Below are positions 38,631 through 51,090 of a stretch of DNA of 64,000 bases, in pieces. A model generated the notes under the pieces. That model was not told the DNA's origin, did not search any database, and worked only from the letters and a program-made list of their open reading frames with translations. Both the position numbers and the translations under genes were made by a program. This stretch comes from Camelus ferus. Taxonomy: Eukaryota. Location: NCBI RefSeq assembly GCF_009834535.1, contig NC_045698.1:7132001-7196000 (forward strand). Direction: 5' to 3'. The stretch's first letter is position 1. Every line of letters starts with the position of its first letter.

Positions 38631-39236
38631 GCACCCAGAAGTAACTTATGGGCACTGGGAGGAGGAGAGCCTTGAAGAAAGGAGATGAGGGAGAGGGAAG
38701 CAAAACAGGAATGGAAGAGTGTGAAGAGGAATGGATGAGGGATGTTATGGTGAGAGCGGGCACTCGGAGTAGGAAAGAGCACCTGACGTTTCTGTGATTC
38801 TGATTCACTGAATTTGCTCAGTGGCTCATCTTCTGCTTTCTGGTGCATGTGAAATGGAATCGCTGTGTGCTCCCATGTGGAAACAAGTTGGAATGCACAC
38901 AGGTCCCCTCAGGGGAAAGGAGTTAGAGGCCAGGCTGGACACGATGCTCTCTTCCCTTCAGGACTGTAAAGATGGAGGGCGGCAGACCTTATGTATTGCC
39001 AACTGCAACAAAGCATTTCTTGATGTCCAGCTCCCTTCACAGAGAGGAAATATTCTGTGCTTCTTGGCAGAATGGTGTTATTTCAATGCATTGTATGGGT
39101 AACTCACTGCCTTGCAGAGGAAAGAATTGCTTCTAACTGGATCACAGAAAAGGCAGGTGAGTACCAGAGGAGAGACAATATTTGTGGCTAGACTTTGCAT
39201 GTATGGTGTTGATGTCAAGATGCTTACAAGTCCTGG

Positions 39237-39332
39237 GCCGGAAGGAGAAAGAAAAATGCCATATGACATCATTTATATGAAAAATCTAAAAAATAATAAC
39301 ATTAATAATAAGGACACAAATGAACTAATTAT
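39237..39332 (+). mobile_element. Short L1 fragment (ORF2 end / 3' UTR start)
   Basis: gccggaaggagaaagaaaaatgccatatgacatcatttatatgaaaaatctaaaaa..gacacaaatgaact. Confidence 0.8.
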
Positions 39333-41017
39333 TACTTTGATTTCTTGAATATGGGTGAGTACATTTGACTGTCATTTATGATTGGATTACCACATTCTAT
39401 TGATTCTTATTTTGTAGTTGGCTTTATTCCTTTGATAACTATGTAAGTTTAAAAAGCTGAAGATCTACTGTTCTTAGAAACAATAATTAGTACATATACG
39501 AAAACTGAAAAAATGTGCAGTATACTGTTCATATGTATTTATGACTCTCCTGTGAATATGGTTGCAAATCACTTGGTAATTAAATACCCTCTTCAAGGTA
39601 CCATGGCTGGTTTAATGCTGGCCAAACCCATCATAACAGATTGTTAATCTGAGCTGGTGGGGCTTTTTTTCCTTTGTTTCATTTTCAAAGATTTTTATTA
39701 TGATATGATATTTGGTAATATTCTTTATTAGGCTGATAAGTTTTGAATTGCTTTTCATTTTATTATCACATTAGTTCCTTCTTAATGGTTTTACTAGGAC
39801 TCAGAAGTCTCCCGAGTTTTAATAACCTCTCTTTTTTCAGTACTTATAGTCATGGAATTAATTATATAAAATCATGATCCTTCACTGAATGTGTCACCGG
39901 GCCAAAAGAAGAAAATTCAATAGGAAGAATTAGACCTTGAAGAGTGATTGACGATTCATCTCACTACAGATTTTTCACTTTGAGACTTTCATTTGCTTTG
40001 CTGTAACACAATTTCCTTTTTTTTTTTTTTCCACCTCTGAGAATATCCTTCAGACTGAGGAATGCTTTGAAATTCTCTGAACTGGGGGTAATTAAAATTA
40101 AACTTTTTAAACCTCAGTTGATTTTTTTAAGAACATGAAAGGACATGTTTTATTCACCTAAGAATATTTTCTTGTAGCTGGCTTTGTTTAAAGGAGAGAC
40201 AATGATAAGGTGAACTACAAGAAACTATCAAATTAGCAAGTTTTCTTAGGATCTTGTTTTCATGTTCCTCTTCCTTGATTCATGGTGGTAAGCATTCTCT
40301 TAAAAACAAGTGTCTCTTAGTTAAAGTCCTGAGGTCAACTCACCCTTGTTGAATCATAATTTCATAATTAATTTCTGAAAGAACAAAATATCATATGTAA
40401 CAGTCTTGGAAAGAACAGAAATTTTAAGTAGTTTTTTATTAGATCTTGGCAAACAAGGAGGCTATCAAGTGGAAATCAGTGGCCAGGTTTTCAAACAGGA
40501 ATAAATAATTAAATGCCCAATAACAGGATTAAGAGTTGAGCAAATTAAAATCATAGTTTAAAAAAGATCGTTATCAAATAAACAATTATTTTGGGTGATC
40601 AGAAACTTCCACTTTTACAGCTGATTATGAGCAGCAGCAAATTAGAACATTATCCTCATGTCAAAGTCTTTCTTCTAAATCTAACACGTAATACGTGTGC
40701 AATAAATGTCCACTGAATGAATGTTCAATTAACGGTTTTAATCAGTTAAAAGAAAATTATGTCTATCCAACGTAACTCCCTGGTCTGACCAAGATGTAAA
40801 ATTTGCAACTAATCAAGTAATGGTGGATCTGATTTTTTAACAATTCTTTTGAGGAGATGAGTTATTTCTAAAGAGATTTAAATAAGCAAACTATTAAGGT
40901 GATAACCTAACTATGACACAAACTATTAATACGTTGGTCCTTAACATATGTAAAACTAAATATACTATACATGTAAAAATAAACACAGATTTTGCTTTCT
41001 TCAAAAGCATCAGGTAA

Positions 41018-43494
41018 CCATATGGCTTCACTGATGAATTCTACCAAACGTTTAAAGAAGGATTAACATCACTCCTTCACAAAGTTTACAAAAAAAGAGA
41101 GAGAGAGAGGAGGGAACTTTTCCCAACTCATTCTATGAGTTTAGTATTACCCTGATACCGAAACCAAATAAAGACTTCACTAGAAAAGAAAACCCCAAGC
41201 CATTCCTTATGACTATAGGCACAAAAATCATCAACAAAATACGAGCAAACTGAATCCAGAAATATATATTTGAAAAAAATCATTCACCATAACCAAATGA
41301 GATTTATCCCAGGAAAGCAAGGTTGATTCAATACATGAAAATCAATCAAAGTAATACAACATACTAATAGAATTAAAAACAAACACCACATGATCATCTG
41401 AACAGATACAGAAAAAGCATTTGACAAACCCTAACACCTTTCATCATAACACTCAATAAACTAGGAATAGAAGGAAACTTTCTCATTCTGACAAAGGGTA
41501 GCTATGAAAAAAGCCCACAGATAACACCATACTTAATGCTGAAAGACTGAAAGTTTTCCCCCTAAGGAACAAGACAAGGATGCTCACTCTCACCATTTCT
41601 GTACTGGAGGGCACTTAGACAAGAGAAAGAAATTGAAATACCCAAATTAGATGATATGATATAGTGCATAGAGAAACCTAAGGGATTCACAAATACACTA
41701 TTGGAGCTAATAGACGAGTTCAGAAAGGTTGCAAGATACAAGATCAATACACAAGGATCAACTGCACTTCTATACACTAACAATAAACAATCTGGAAAGG
41801 AAATTAAGCAAACAATATCACTTACAATAGCATAGAAAAGAATGAAATATTTAGATATAGTCTTAACAAAAGAAGTGCAAGATTTGTAACATGGGAAACT
41901 ATAAAACATAGTTAAAAGAAATTAAAGATCTAAATACATAGAATGATATCTCATTTTCATGAAGAATAACTTAATATTGTTAAGATGGCAATATTCCACA
42001 AACTGGTCTTCAGATTTGGTGAAATATTTATCAAAACCCCAGATGACTATTTTTTAACAGAAATTGACAAGCTGATCCTAAAATTCATGTGGAAATGCAA
42101 AAGACTCTGAAATTGCCAAGACAGTCTTGAAAAAGAAGAAAGTTGGAAGACTCATACTTCTCCATTTCAGAACTTACTACAAAGCTACAGCAATCGAGAA
42201 TGTGTGGTACTGAAAAAAAAAAACAAAAATAAATTAAAAGCAAAAAAGACTATGTGGTACTGGCATAAAAACAGACTTATAGATCAATGAAATAGAATTG
42301 AGAGTCCAGAAATTAAACCACTTATGGTATGGTCAATAGAGTTTGACAAAGGTGCCATGACAATTTAATAGGGAAAGAGTAAGACTTTTCAACAAATGAT
42401 GCTGGGACAACTGGGTATCTGTATACAACAGAATGAAGTTGCAAATATACCTCACACCATATACAAAAATTTATTTCAAAGGAATCAAAGACCCAAATGT
42501 AAGAACTAAAACTATGAAACTCCTACAAGAAACCATAAATGTAAATATTCATGACTATGAATTAGACAGTGGTTTCTAAGATATGACACCAAAAACACAA
42601 GACAATGAAAGATAAATTTGACTTCTTCAAAGCTAAAATCATTTGGGCTTCAAAGGATACTATCAAGAAAGTGAAAAGATAACCCACAGAATGGGAGGAA
42701 ATGTTTATAAATCATATATCTGATAAAAGTCTAGTATCCAGAACAATTAAAGAACTCTTACAACTCACCTAATGCATTAAGTGGGCAAATGATCTGAATG
42801 GACACTTATCCAAAGAATATATATGTGGCCAATACACACATGACAAGAAACTCAACATCATTCATCATTAAAGAAATGCAGATCAAAGCCACCATGAGAT
42901 ACCACTTCATACTCATTAGAATGGCTATTTTAAAAAAAAGATAGACAATAACAAGTGTTGGCGAGGATGCAGAGAAACTGGAACCCTCAAACATCATTGG
43001 TGCGAATGGAAAATAGTGCAACCACTTTGGAACACAGTTTGGCAGTTCCTCAAAAAACTTCTACACAAATGTTTATAACAGTATTATTCATAACAGCCAG
43101 AAAGCAGAAACAGTCTAGATGTCCATCAACTGATGAGTGGATAATAAAATTTGGCATATCCATGCAGTGGAATATTATTTAGCCATAACACAGCATAGAT
43201 GAACACTGAAAACACGCTAAGTGAAAGAAGCCAGGCACAAAGGGCCACATACTGTATGAGTCCATTTAGATGAAGTTTCCAGAATAGATTAATGGTTTCC
43301 AAGGGCTGGGGAAGTAGAAGAGGGGGTTACTGCTAGTGGGTATTGGGTTTATTTCTGGGATATAGGAAACGTTCTGACTTTAGATAGTGGCAATGATTGC
43401 ACAACTCTGTGACTATACTAGAACCCCCTGAATTGTATACTTTTTTAAAAATCTGTCCTAACAGTAAAGTACTAGTTCCTTTAAAAAAAAAAAA
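41018..43494 (+). mobile_element. 5'-truncated L1MB (degenerate ORF2 RT to 3' UTR)
   Basis: atggcttcactgatgaattctaccaaac..gaaaaagcatttgacaaa..; polyA at 43483-43498; TSD aaaagcatcagRtaa at 41003-41017 and 43495-43509. Confidence 0.93.
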
Positions 43495-44597
43495 AAAAGC
43501 ATCAGATAAAACACTAAGGTATGTGAAAATCTGATTATGTTCAAAAACTATATTAAAGTTACTGAAATTAAGACAAAAATGAAAACACTAAAAATCATAA
43601 TATTTTTCTTTAAGTTGCATCTATTTTCCTTAAATACACAAATAATTTTGTCATTAATTTTATATGTTACATAGCATAGAGGTAAAAATACATCACATCA
43701 AAGCTATATTTCTATTGGATAATAGCTAATAAAATGACCAAAAATCACCCACTCTTTCTTTTGTTGGGATAATTGTCATTAAATATTCTGCAACGATTAT
43801 TTTTCAGTAGGAGGTAAATCACATTCATTCACTGATAATGCTCCACTTTCTCCCTTTCCTCAACATGTTTACCATTTTACAAAAAAAATTTATCAGTGAA
43901 GTTTAATAAAGCACAAAGTTAAGGCTAGTATTTCCAACCACTGAGGTTTATTCTCCAGTTTTTCCACTTTGCATTTACTACTCATTGATTCATCAAAAAT
44001 TTCACCATTGTCCCTTTCAAAACAGTACGTGCATGTGTGTTTTTATTTTTGGAAAAGAAATGGCAACTAGGCCAAGGAAATTAACCATAATCTAATCTCA
44101 TTAAGACAAAAATCACTCTTAAAAGATAATTATAGAATTATGACAATTATCTCATAACCTCAGCTGATGTAAATTGGCCCACAAATCTAAAGATCAATCC
44201 ATTATTCTTTATAAAATGGTAATGTTAAAAACTAGAGAGGCTCCTGAAGGTTTAAAACACTGGAGGATAAAATTTCCATTATGTTTAACATCATTCTGGC
44301 ACTGATACTGTGGATATGCAATAGATCTTAGAGGACACTGACCATATTGGATTTGAATTATAATTATCAAATATATTAACTGTTATCTTAATAGAGTTCT
44401 TAATTAAAATACATTACAATTATAATGGTTATGACATCTTTCTTATGGGAAGCTTGCTTTTCAGAATTCTCTCACTAATCCATAAAAAGGAGGTAGATAT
44501 CAGAAATTAATATCTCCATTTCATATTTTTAATATGTCCATTTCATGTATTTAAGAGAAAGTGAAAAATGAAATGCAACCAACAAGATTCTGCACAT

Positions 44598-46532
44598 TAA
44601 AAATCCCGAAGAATCTTAAAAGGAGCTACAAGGGCTAATAAGTGGGTTTAGCAAGTTCATGGTCAATACATAGAAATCAGTTGTACTTCTAGACACCAGC
44701 AAAAAAAAATTGGAAATTGATTTTTAAAAGTACTGTTTTTTAAAGTACTATTTACAATAGGACCCCCAAAATGAAATACTTAGGTACAAATCCAACAAAA
44801 TATGTGTAAGATCTGTATACTGAAAGCTACAAAATACTGATAAAAAATGTAAATACTTGAGTTATATGTGAGATATACTGTGTTCATGGATTGGAAGACT
44901 CAGTATTGCTAAGCTAATTAATCTATAGACTTAATGTAAACCTCTTCATTTTTGTAGAAATTGGTGAGCTTATTCTAAAATATACATGGAAAAGCAAAAG
45001 AACTGCAAAAGCCAAAATAATTTTTACAAAGAACAAAGCTAAGACTTACATCAAGCTGTAGTACTTGAGACTGTAAGGAACTGAAAAAAGATAGACACAT
45101 AGATATGTGGAACAAAATATATCATCCAGAAGTAGACTCACATACATTTTGTCTATTGATTTTCAATACAAATGTGATGGCAATTCAAAAGAGAAAGAAC
45201 AGGTTTTTCAACAAATGCTGCATGAATAATTGGATGACCATATGCAAAGAAATAAAACTTAATCCATACCCATCCCCATAAAATTTAACCCAAAATGGAT
45301 CATAGGCCTTAATGTAAAACCTAAAACTATAACACATTTAAAAGTAAACATAGGAGAATATCTTGGTGACTTTGGCAAAGATTTCTTAGACATGACATGA
45401 AAGTACAACTTGTAAAAGACTGATTAAGCTGGACTTCATCAAAATTAAAAACTTCAGCTTTGCAAAATATACTGCTAATGAAGGAAAAAGAAAGCCACAC
45501 ACTGGAAGAAAATATTGGCAAAACATGTCTGATATATATTTGTAAACTAAATATATAAAGAACTATCAAAATTCAATAATAAGTAAACAAACAACCCAAT
45601 TTTAAAAACAGCCAAAAGATGGGAGAGTGTATAGTTCAGTGGTAGAGTGCATGCCTAACATGCATGAGGTCCTGGGTTCCAAACCCCAGTACCTCCATTA
45701 AAAATAAATAAACCTAATTACCTTCCCTGCTAACAAAATTTTAAAAACAGGCACTAAAGAAGTGATTTGCTATGGGTAGCAAATAAAATTATGAAAAGAT
45801 GTTCCCCATTACATCATTAGGAAAACGCAAAATGATGCCTTAAAAAAGAAGTCAGTACAAACCTATTAGAATGAGGGGAGAAAACTCAGAAAACCAAGTG
45901 CTGACGAGGATGTCCAGCAACGGGAACTCTCATACCCTGCTGGTGGGTATGCTGATAACCAGCTTCTTATAACATTAACATACACCCAGCAATTCTATTT
46001 CTAGGTGTGTACCCAACTTCAGCAAACACTTGTGTTCACAAAAACAAACAAAAAAACACTTTGCAAATGTTTACAGTGACTTCATTCATAACCATCAAGA
46101 ACTGGAAAAAAAAATCCAAATGTTTTTCTACTGGTGAAAATTCAAATGTTTTTCTACTGGTGAAACACAGTCAGGAATATCCATACAATGGACTCCCACT
46201 CAACAATGAAAAGTAATAAACACACAACACGGATGAATCTCAAATGTATTACGCTAAGTGAAAAACCAGACTCAAAGGTTAACATTCTGTATGCTCCATC
46301 TATATGATATTCTGGAAAATCTAGGGACAAGAGAGAGACAGGTCAGTAGCTGCCAGGGAGTAGGAGCTGGGGAAGGTCTGACCACAAAGGGGCACAAGGG
46401 AATTTTGTGGCTAACGGGATTATTCCGTATCTGGACGGTGTGGTAGTTAAGTGACTGCATGCACTTGTCCAAACTCACAGCCTTGTAAACTAAAAAGGGA
46501 TTTATTTTTCTGTATGTAAATTATACCTCAAT
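44598..46532 (+). mobile_element. Old L1MC/L1MB element (ORF2 3' half and UTR) hosting a SINE
   Basis: tgttcatggattggaagactcagtattg..tgtatgtaaattatacctcaat; 26-bp-period duplication at 46117-46165. Confidence 0.88.
45621..45738 (+). mobile_element. vic-1-type SINE
   Basis: gggagagtgtatagttcagtggtagagtgcatgcctaacatgcatgaggtcctgggttcc; TSD-like ttttaaaaacag on both sides. Confidence 0.92.
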
Positions 46533-48187
46533 TTTTCTTACAGCATATAGCTTTCATACTTTACCATTAACACTTTAAAGCATTCGGTTAAAACATTCTA
46601 CGTGGTACTTACATATGGTATCATTATCGGCCTACATTTGGAAGATATTTCTATTTCCTTAAGCCAGAATATTGGTTTTTCTGAGCAAAGGGTTGAAAAC
46701 CAAAAGAAAAACACATTAAGCCCACTTTGAACCTTTGAAACTTTCTCCTGCTGCGGGGGAATAAACTAAATAGCCAATCATTGTCCTTCATCATCATTTC
46801 CCTCCATGTACAGATTGAGCAGTAAGATCCTCTTTCTTGTTTTAATTCCAGCAATAGTTCATTTCCTTCTGGGACAGAATTCATCCTAATCAGTCTGAAC
46901 AATTTTCATGTTTCCTAGCAGCTTGTAGGATTTGACCAATAGTCACGCGGACAATATGAAACATTCGCTGTTTGCGTCAGTCTGAGCGTGACCCGCTATG
47001 CTCTGTAGCAAAGAAACTCTTTACGCCTGAAAAAACCCAGAACCTTTTTTTAATGGAAACTCTTTATATCGGATCAAAATTCAGGGCTTAAAAAGCATCA
47101 GGTAAAAATCTTCACAAATAATCACCAAACTACTGAAGATTCAAAACATCAACCTGAGAATCAAATTGTGAGACACAGTAAAATGTAAAGCCATCACAAA
47201 CTTATCTCATCTCAGAGAATTGCTGAGCACTCAAGCTTGTTTTCTTCCTTTTGCCTAACTACTAAGTGGATGGGAATGTTTTCCTTTCATTTACTGGAAA
47301 CAAAAGTGATGCTGCATCAGCAGATAGGCTACAAACTAAAACATAAAAAAAAAAAAAACCAAGATGAAGCCTAGTTAAACGTGAATAAGACAAAATGACA
47401 AGAGGCTTCATTAGGGCATGAATTTTCCAATTGAAAATTATATTTGGAAAAAATTAAAATGTACAAGGAAAAGACCTGAGACCCCATCAAGGACAGAAAG
47501 AACGCACAGGACATGCCAGGACCCAAGATGCAAGAGAGACAGGATGGAAAATAATATGAAGGTGAATGTCAGAGGGGGGAGAAGTCAGCTCAGCTGAACT
47601 GATGGACGGAAAAAACTATTAAATAGAAAATGATTTGTAGATTGTAAATAAAAGCAGAAACACATGGTAAATATGAAATCCATTGGTCCATTTTTAGAAC
47701 GCATCACCCCCAAAATACTTAGATTTTAATCAAAATATTATAAATGAAAAACTGTTAGTAGAGAAAAATGGTATCTCAGTGATTATGCTAAGAAAAACTT
47801 TTGCGTTAGAAATTTCAAATTTAGACTCATTTACTCTGGAAGGAACCAGCATTGTGAGCATCTCATAGTCATTTTAAAAAACAGAACGGATAGCAAAAGT
47901 GTATTCAACTTTGGGCTTTTTGAATCTACAAGGAGACAGTTAACTGCTCTTAATGAATCCACATCGGAATAAAATGCTGTCCAGAAGGTTGAGCCGTTGT
48001 GTAAATGAGACAGCAATGATTACTGGGGATGTTGCAGACGTCATGTAGAACAGGAGAGGTGCCAGAGAGCTATGAGTGGTGGCAAATATTGGTCCTGGAG
48101 AGAGGAGGAAGGGCAGTTCTGGAAACTGCGGGTGAGCAAGAACTGGACCTCAGGAGAGAGTCGGGCCCAGAAGGTTTCTGCACGCCC

Positions 48188-48710
48188 ACAAAATGGAACA
48201 GACTCCCGCCATACGTGACAGCAGGGATGCACCTGGGGACACTGCGCTGAGTGAGGTAAACCGGTCACAGAGGCACACGTACTGCGTGATTCCACTGCCA
48301 TGAGGAATCGAAAACAGTCAAACCCACAGAAGCAGAGAGTGAAACGGGGGCTGCCAAGGGCTGGGCGGAGGGGGATGGGGAGCTGTGTTCAGTGGGTGCA
48401 AAGTTTCAGTCGTGTGGGAAGAGTAACTTCTAGAGATCTACTAGAGAACAATTCAGGGTTGTACACTTCACAGTTTGTTAAGAGGGGAGACCTTACATTA
48501 AGTTCTCTTTCCAGCAAAACAGCAATAGCAATGAAAAAAACAAAAGAGCAGGAGGAAACTTTGGAGGTAATGGATATGTTTATTACCTAGACGGCGGTGG
48601 TTGTCTCACAGGTGTGTGGATGTGTCCAGACTCATCAAACTGTACATTAAATATGCCCAGGGTCTTGGGGGTTGTATTTCAATTAGACCTCAATAAACCT
48701 GTTTTTAAAA
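48188..48710 (+). mobile_element. L1MA/L1MB 3' UTR fragment
   Basis: gtcaaacccacagaagcagagagt..ggaggaaactttggaggtaatggatatgtttattacct..tcaataaacctgttt. Confidence 0.85.
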
Positions 48711-49132
48711 GGAAAAGAAAAATGTGAGAAAGCAAGTAATAAATAATGAGTCAAAAAAATAAACAGAGACTACAGGAGATAGTATGGATGGCTAGGAATG
48801 AATCGTGGTAGGGTGGACAGTTTTCTTTTTTAACTAGAAAGCCAACATCACAGGGTGTGGAATAAAGGGAAAATGTAGTGTAGCTGCACTCAGGTAAGAC
48901 ATGTGACCAACTCTCCCCCGACACCCTTCCTTCACCCATTTATTCAACAAATACTTAAGGACTTCCCAAGACACGCAGGCCCTGTCCTCCAAGCTGGGAT
49001 ACAGTGACAAAGGCCACATGGAGGTGACAATCTGGCTACATGCTCATCTATGTGTCCCTATAGTCAAGACAGAGAAACACAAGCTGTAAGAGAGTGTCAC
49101 TGAGTAGACAGAGTATAAACTCAGTGAACAAC

Positions 49133-50143
49133 CCCAATGTCCATAGCAGCACTACTTACAATAGCCAAGACATGGGAGCAACCTAAATGTCCATCGATAG
49201 ATGACTGGCTAAAAAAGTTGTGGTATATTTATACAATGGAATATTACTCAGCCATAAAAAAGAATGAAATAGTGCCATTTGCAGCAACATGAAATGGACC
49301 TAGAGATGATCATACTAAGTGAAATAAGTCAGACAGAGAAAGACAAATATTACCTATATGTGGAATTTTTTAAGTGATGCAAATGAACTTATTCACAAAA
49401 CAGAAAGAGACGCATAGACATAGAAAACAAACTCATGGTTACCAAAGGAGAAAGAGAGGAGGAGTAAATTAGGAGTTTGGGATTAACAGATATACATTAC
49501 TATATATAAAATAGATAAACAACAAGGTCCTACTGTATAGCACAGGGAACTATATTCAGTATCTTGTAATAACCTATAGTGGATAAAAAAAGAATGAAAT
49601 AATGGCATCCGCAGCAACATGGATGGACCTAGACACTACCACACTGAGTGAAGTAAGTCAGACAAAGAAAGACAAATACCATATGGTATCACTTATGTGT
49701 GGAATCTTAAAAAAAATGATACAAATTCTATTTACAAACCAAAAACAGACTCACAGACACAGAAAACAAACTACAGTTACCAAAGGGGAAAGGGCAGAGA
49801 GGGATAAATTAGGCACTGGGGATTAACAGACACACAGTACTGTATGTAAAATAGATAAACAACAAGGATCTTCTGCATAGCACAGGGAATTAGTTTCAAT
49901 ATCTTGTAATAACATATAACGGAAAAGAATATGAAAAGAAAATCTATATGTATGTATATGTATAATTGAATCACTTTGCTGTACATCTGAAACTAACACA
50001 ACATTGTAAATCAACCACACTTCAATAAAAAATAAAGAAAGGAAGGGAGGAAGGGAGGGAAGGAGGGAGAGGGGAAGGAAGGAAGGGAGAAAGGAAGGAA
50101 GGGAGAAAAGAAGGAAGGGAAGAAGAAAATAAAAAATAAAAAA
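49133..50143 (+). mobile_element. Artiodactyl-type L1 3' end with a duplicated segment and (GGAA)n-rich tail
   Basis: Two successive aaaagaatgaaata..gcagcaacatg..tagcacagggaa blocks; 18-bp TSD ataaactcagtgaMcaac at 49115-49132 and 50144-50161. Confidence 0.93.
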
Positions 50144-50218
50144 ATAAACTCAGTGACCAACAGCCTCCAAGAGTGTGGCCGGAAGAGCAAAGACATGGGT
50201 TACAGTGGGAAGATCTCA

Positions 50219-50320
50219 GGGGAAGGGAACGGCTCAGTTGACAGAGTGCTTGCTCAGCAGGCACAACGTCCTGGGCTCAACCCCCAGCACCTAATTACCT
50301 AAGTACCTCCCCCCAAAATA
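50219..50320 (+). mobile_element. vic-1-type SINE (diverged)
   Basis: ggctcagttgacagagtgcttgctcagcaggcacaacgtcctgggctcaacccccagcacct; degenerate TSD acag..gggaag..ctcagg. Confidence 0.85.
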
Positions 50321-50449
50321 ACAGGTGGGGAAGTCTCAGGGCTCCACCTGATTCAAAGCTTGTGGCTGGTTCCTTCAAACGACGTGGATGAGAACACTAA
50401 CAGCATGGTTGTTACAGCTGTGGGTGGCATCAAGTCCACAGGGACAACC

Positions 50450-51090
50450 AAGTGATTGGATGATGAGATTAGGATCCAGCAGTCCTTTCAAAACCCCTGG
50501 CAGTGGGGTAAATTAAACACGATAAATTTCAAAAGGAATATATTTAAGTTTCTTTATTTGTTTCAAAAACCTAAAACCTACTTAGGTCAAAAAAAATTCA
50601 CACAAGTGGTTTATTTAAGATTATAATATGGAACAGATGACTTACAAGCTTAACTAAAAATTCCACGTGAGAGAGTGTCATATGTCAGTCCTAACCTGAA
50701 GATGAGGGAGGGGTCCATCCTACTCTGTGCTGGTGGGGCCATACCTGGGGTGTGTCCAGGTCCAGGAGCCACACTTTAGAAAGATTATACAAGATCTAGC
50801 TTCTGTTAAGAGGAGAAGTTAGCCTCAGGATGTTCGTTTATATGAAGAACTTCGAGAACAGAAGTTTCACTGGGGACAGGGGATAGCCCCTCAAATCTCT
50901 GAAGTTCCAGGCCATGGAGGGAGCATTAGATTTGTTCAGGGGGTTCTCAGGGGGTAAAATTAGACCAGTAGGTGAGAAGCACTAGGGAGCAGGTGTGAGC
51001 TGGGTTTACAGAAGGCATTTCTCACAGGGGTGCCCAAGGTAGGCACGCTGCCTGCAGGGCGGGGAGTGAACTGCCAGTCCCCAGAAGCAT
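50450..51090 (+). mobile_element. L3/CR1 LINE fragments
   Basis: ctactctgtgctggtggggccatacctgggg..gtccaggtccaggagccacactttagaaaga. Confidence 0.65.

Noticed and set aside
47091..47105. Third copy of aaaagcatcaggtaa, identical to the left TSD of the L1MB at 41003
   Set aside because: The flanks do not extend the match; most likely a chance A-rich 15-mer.
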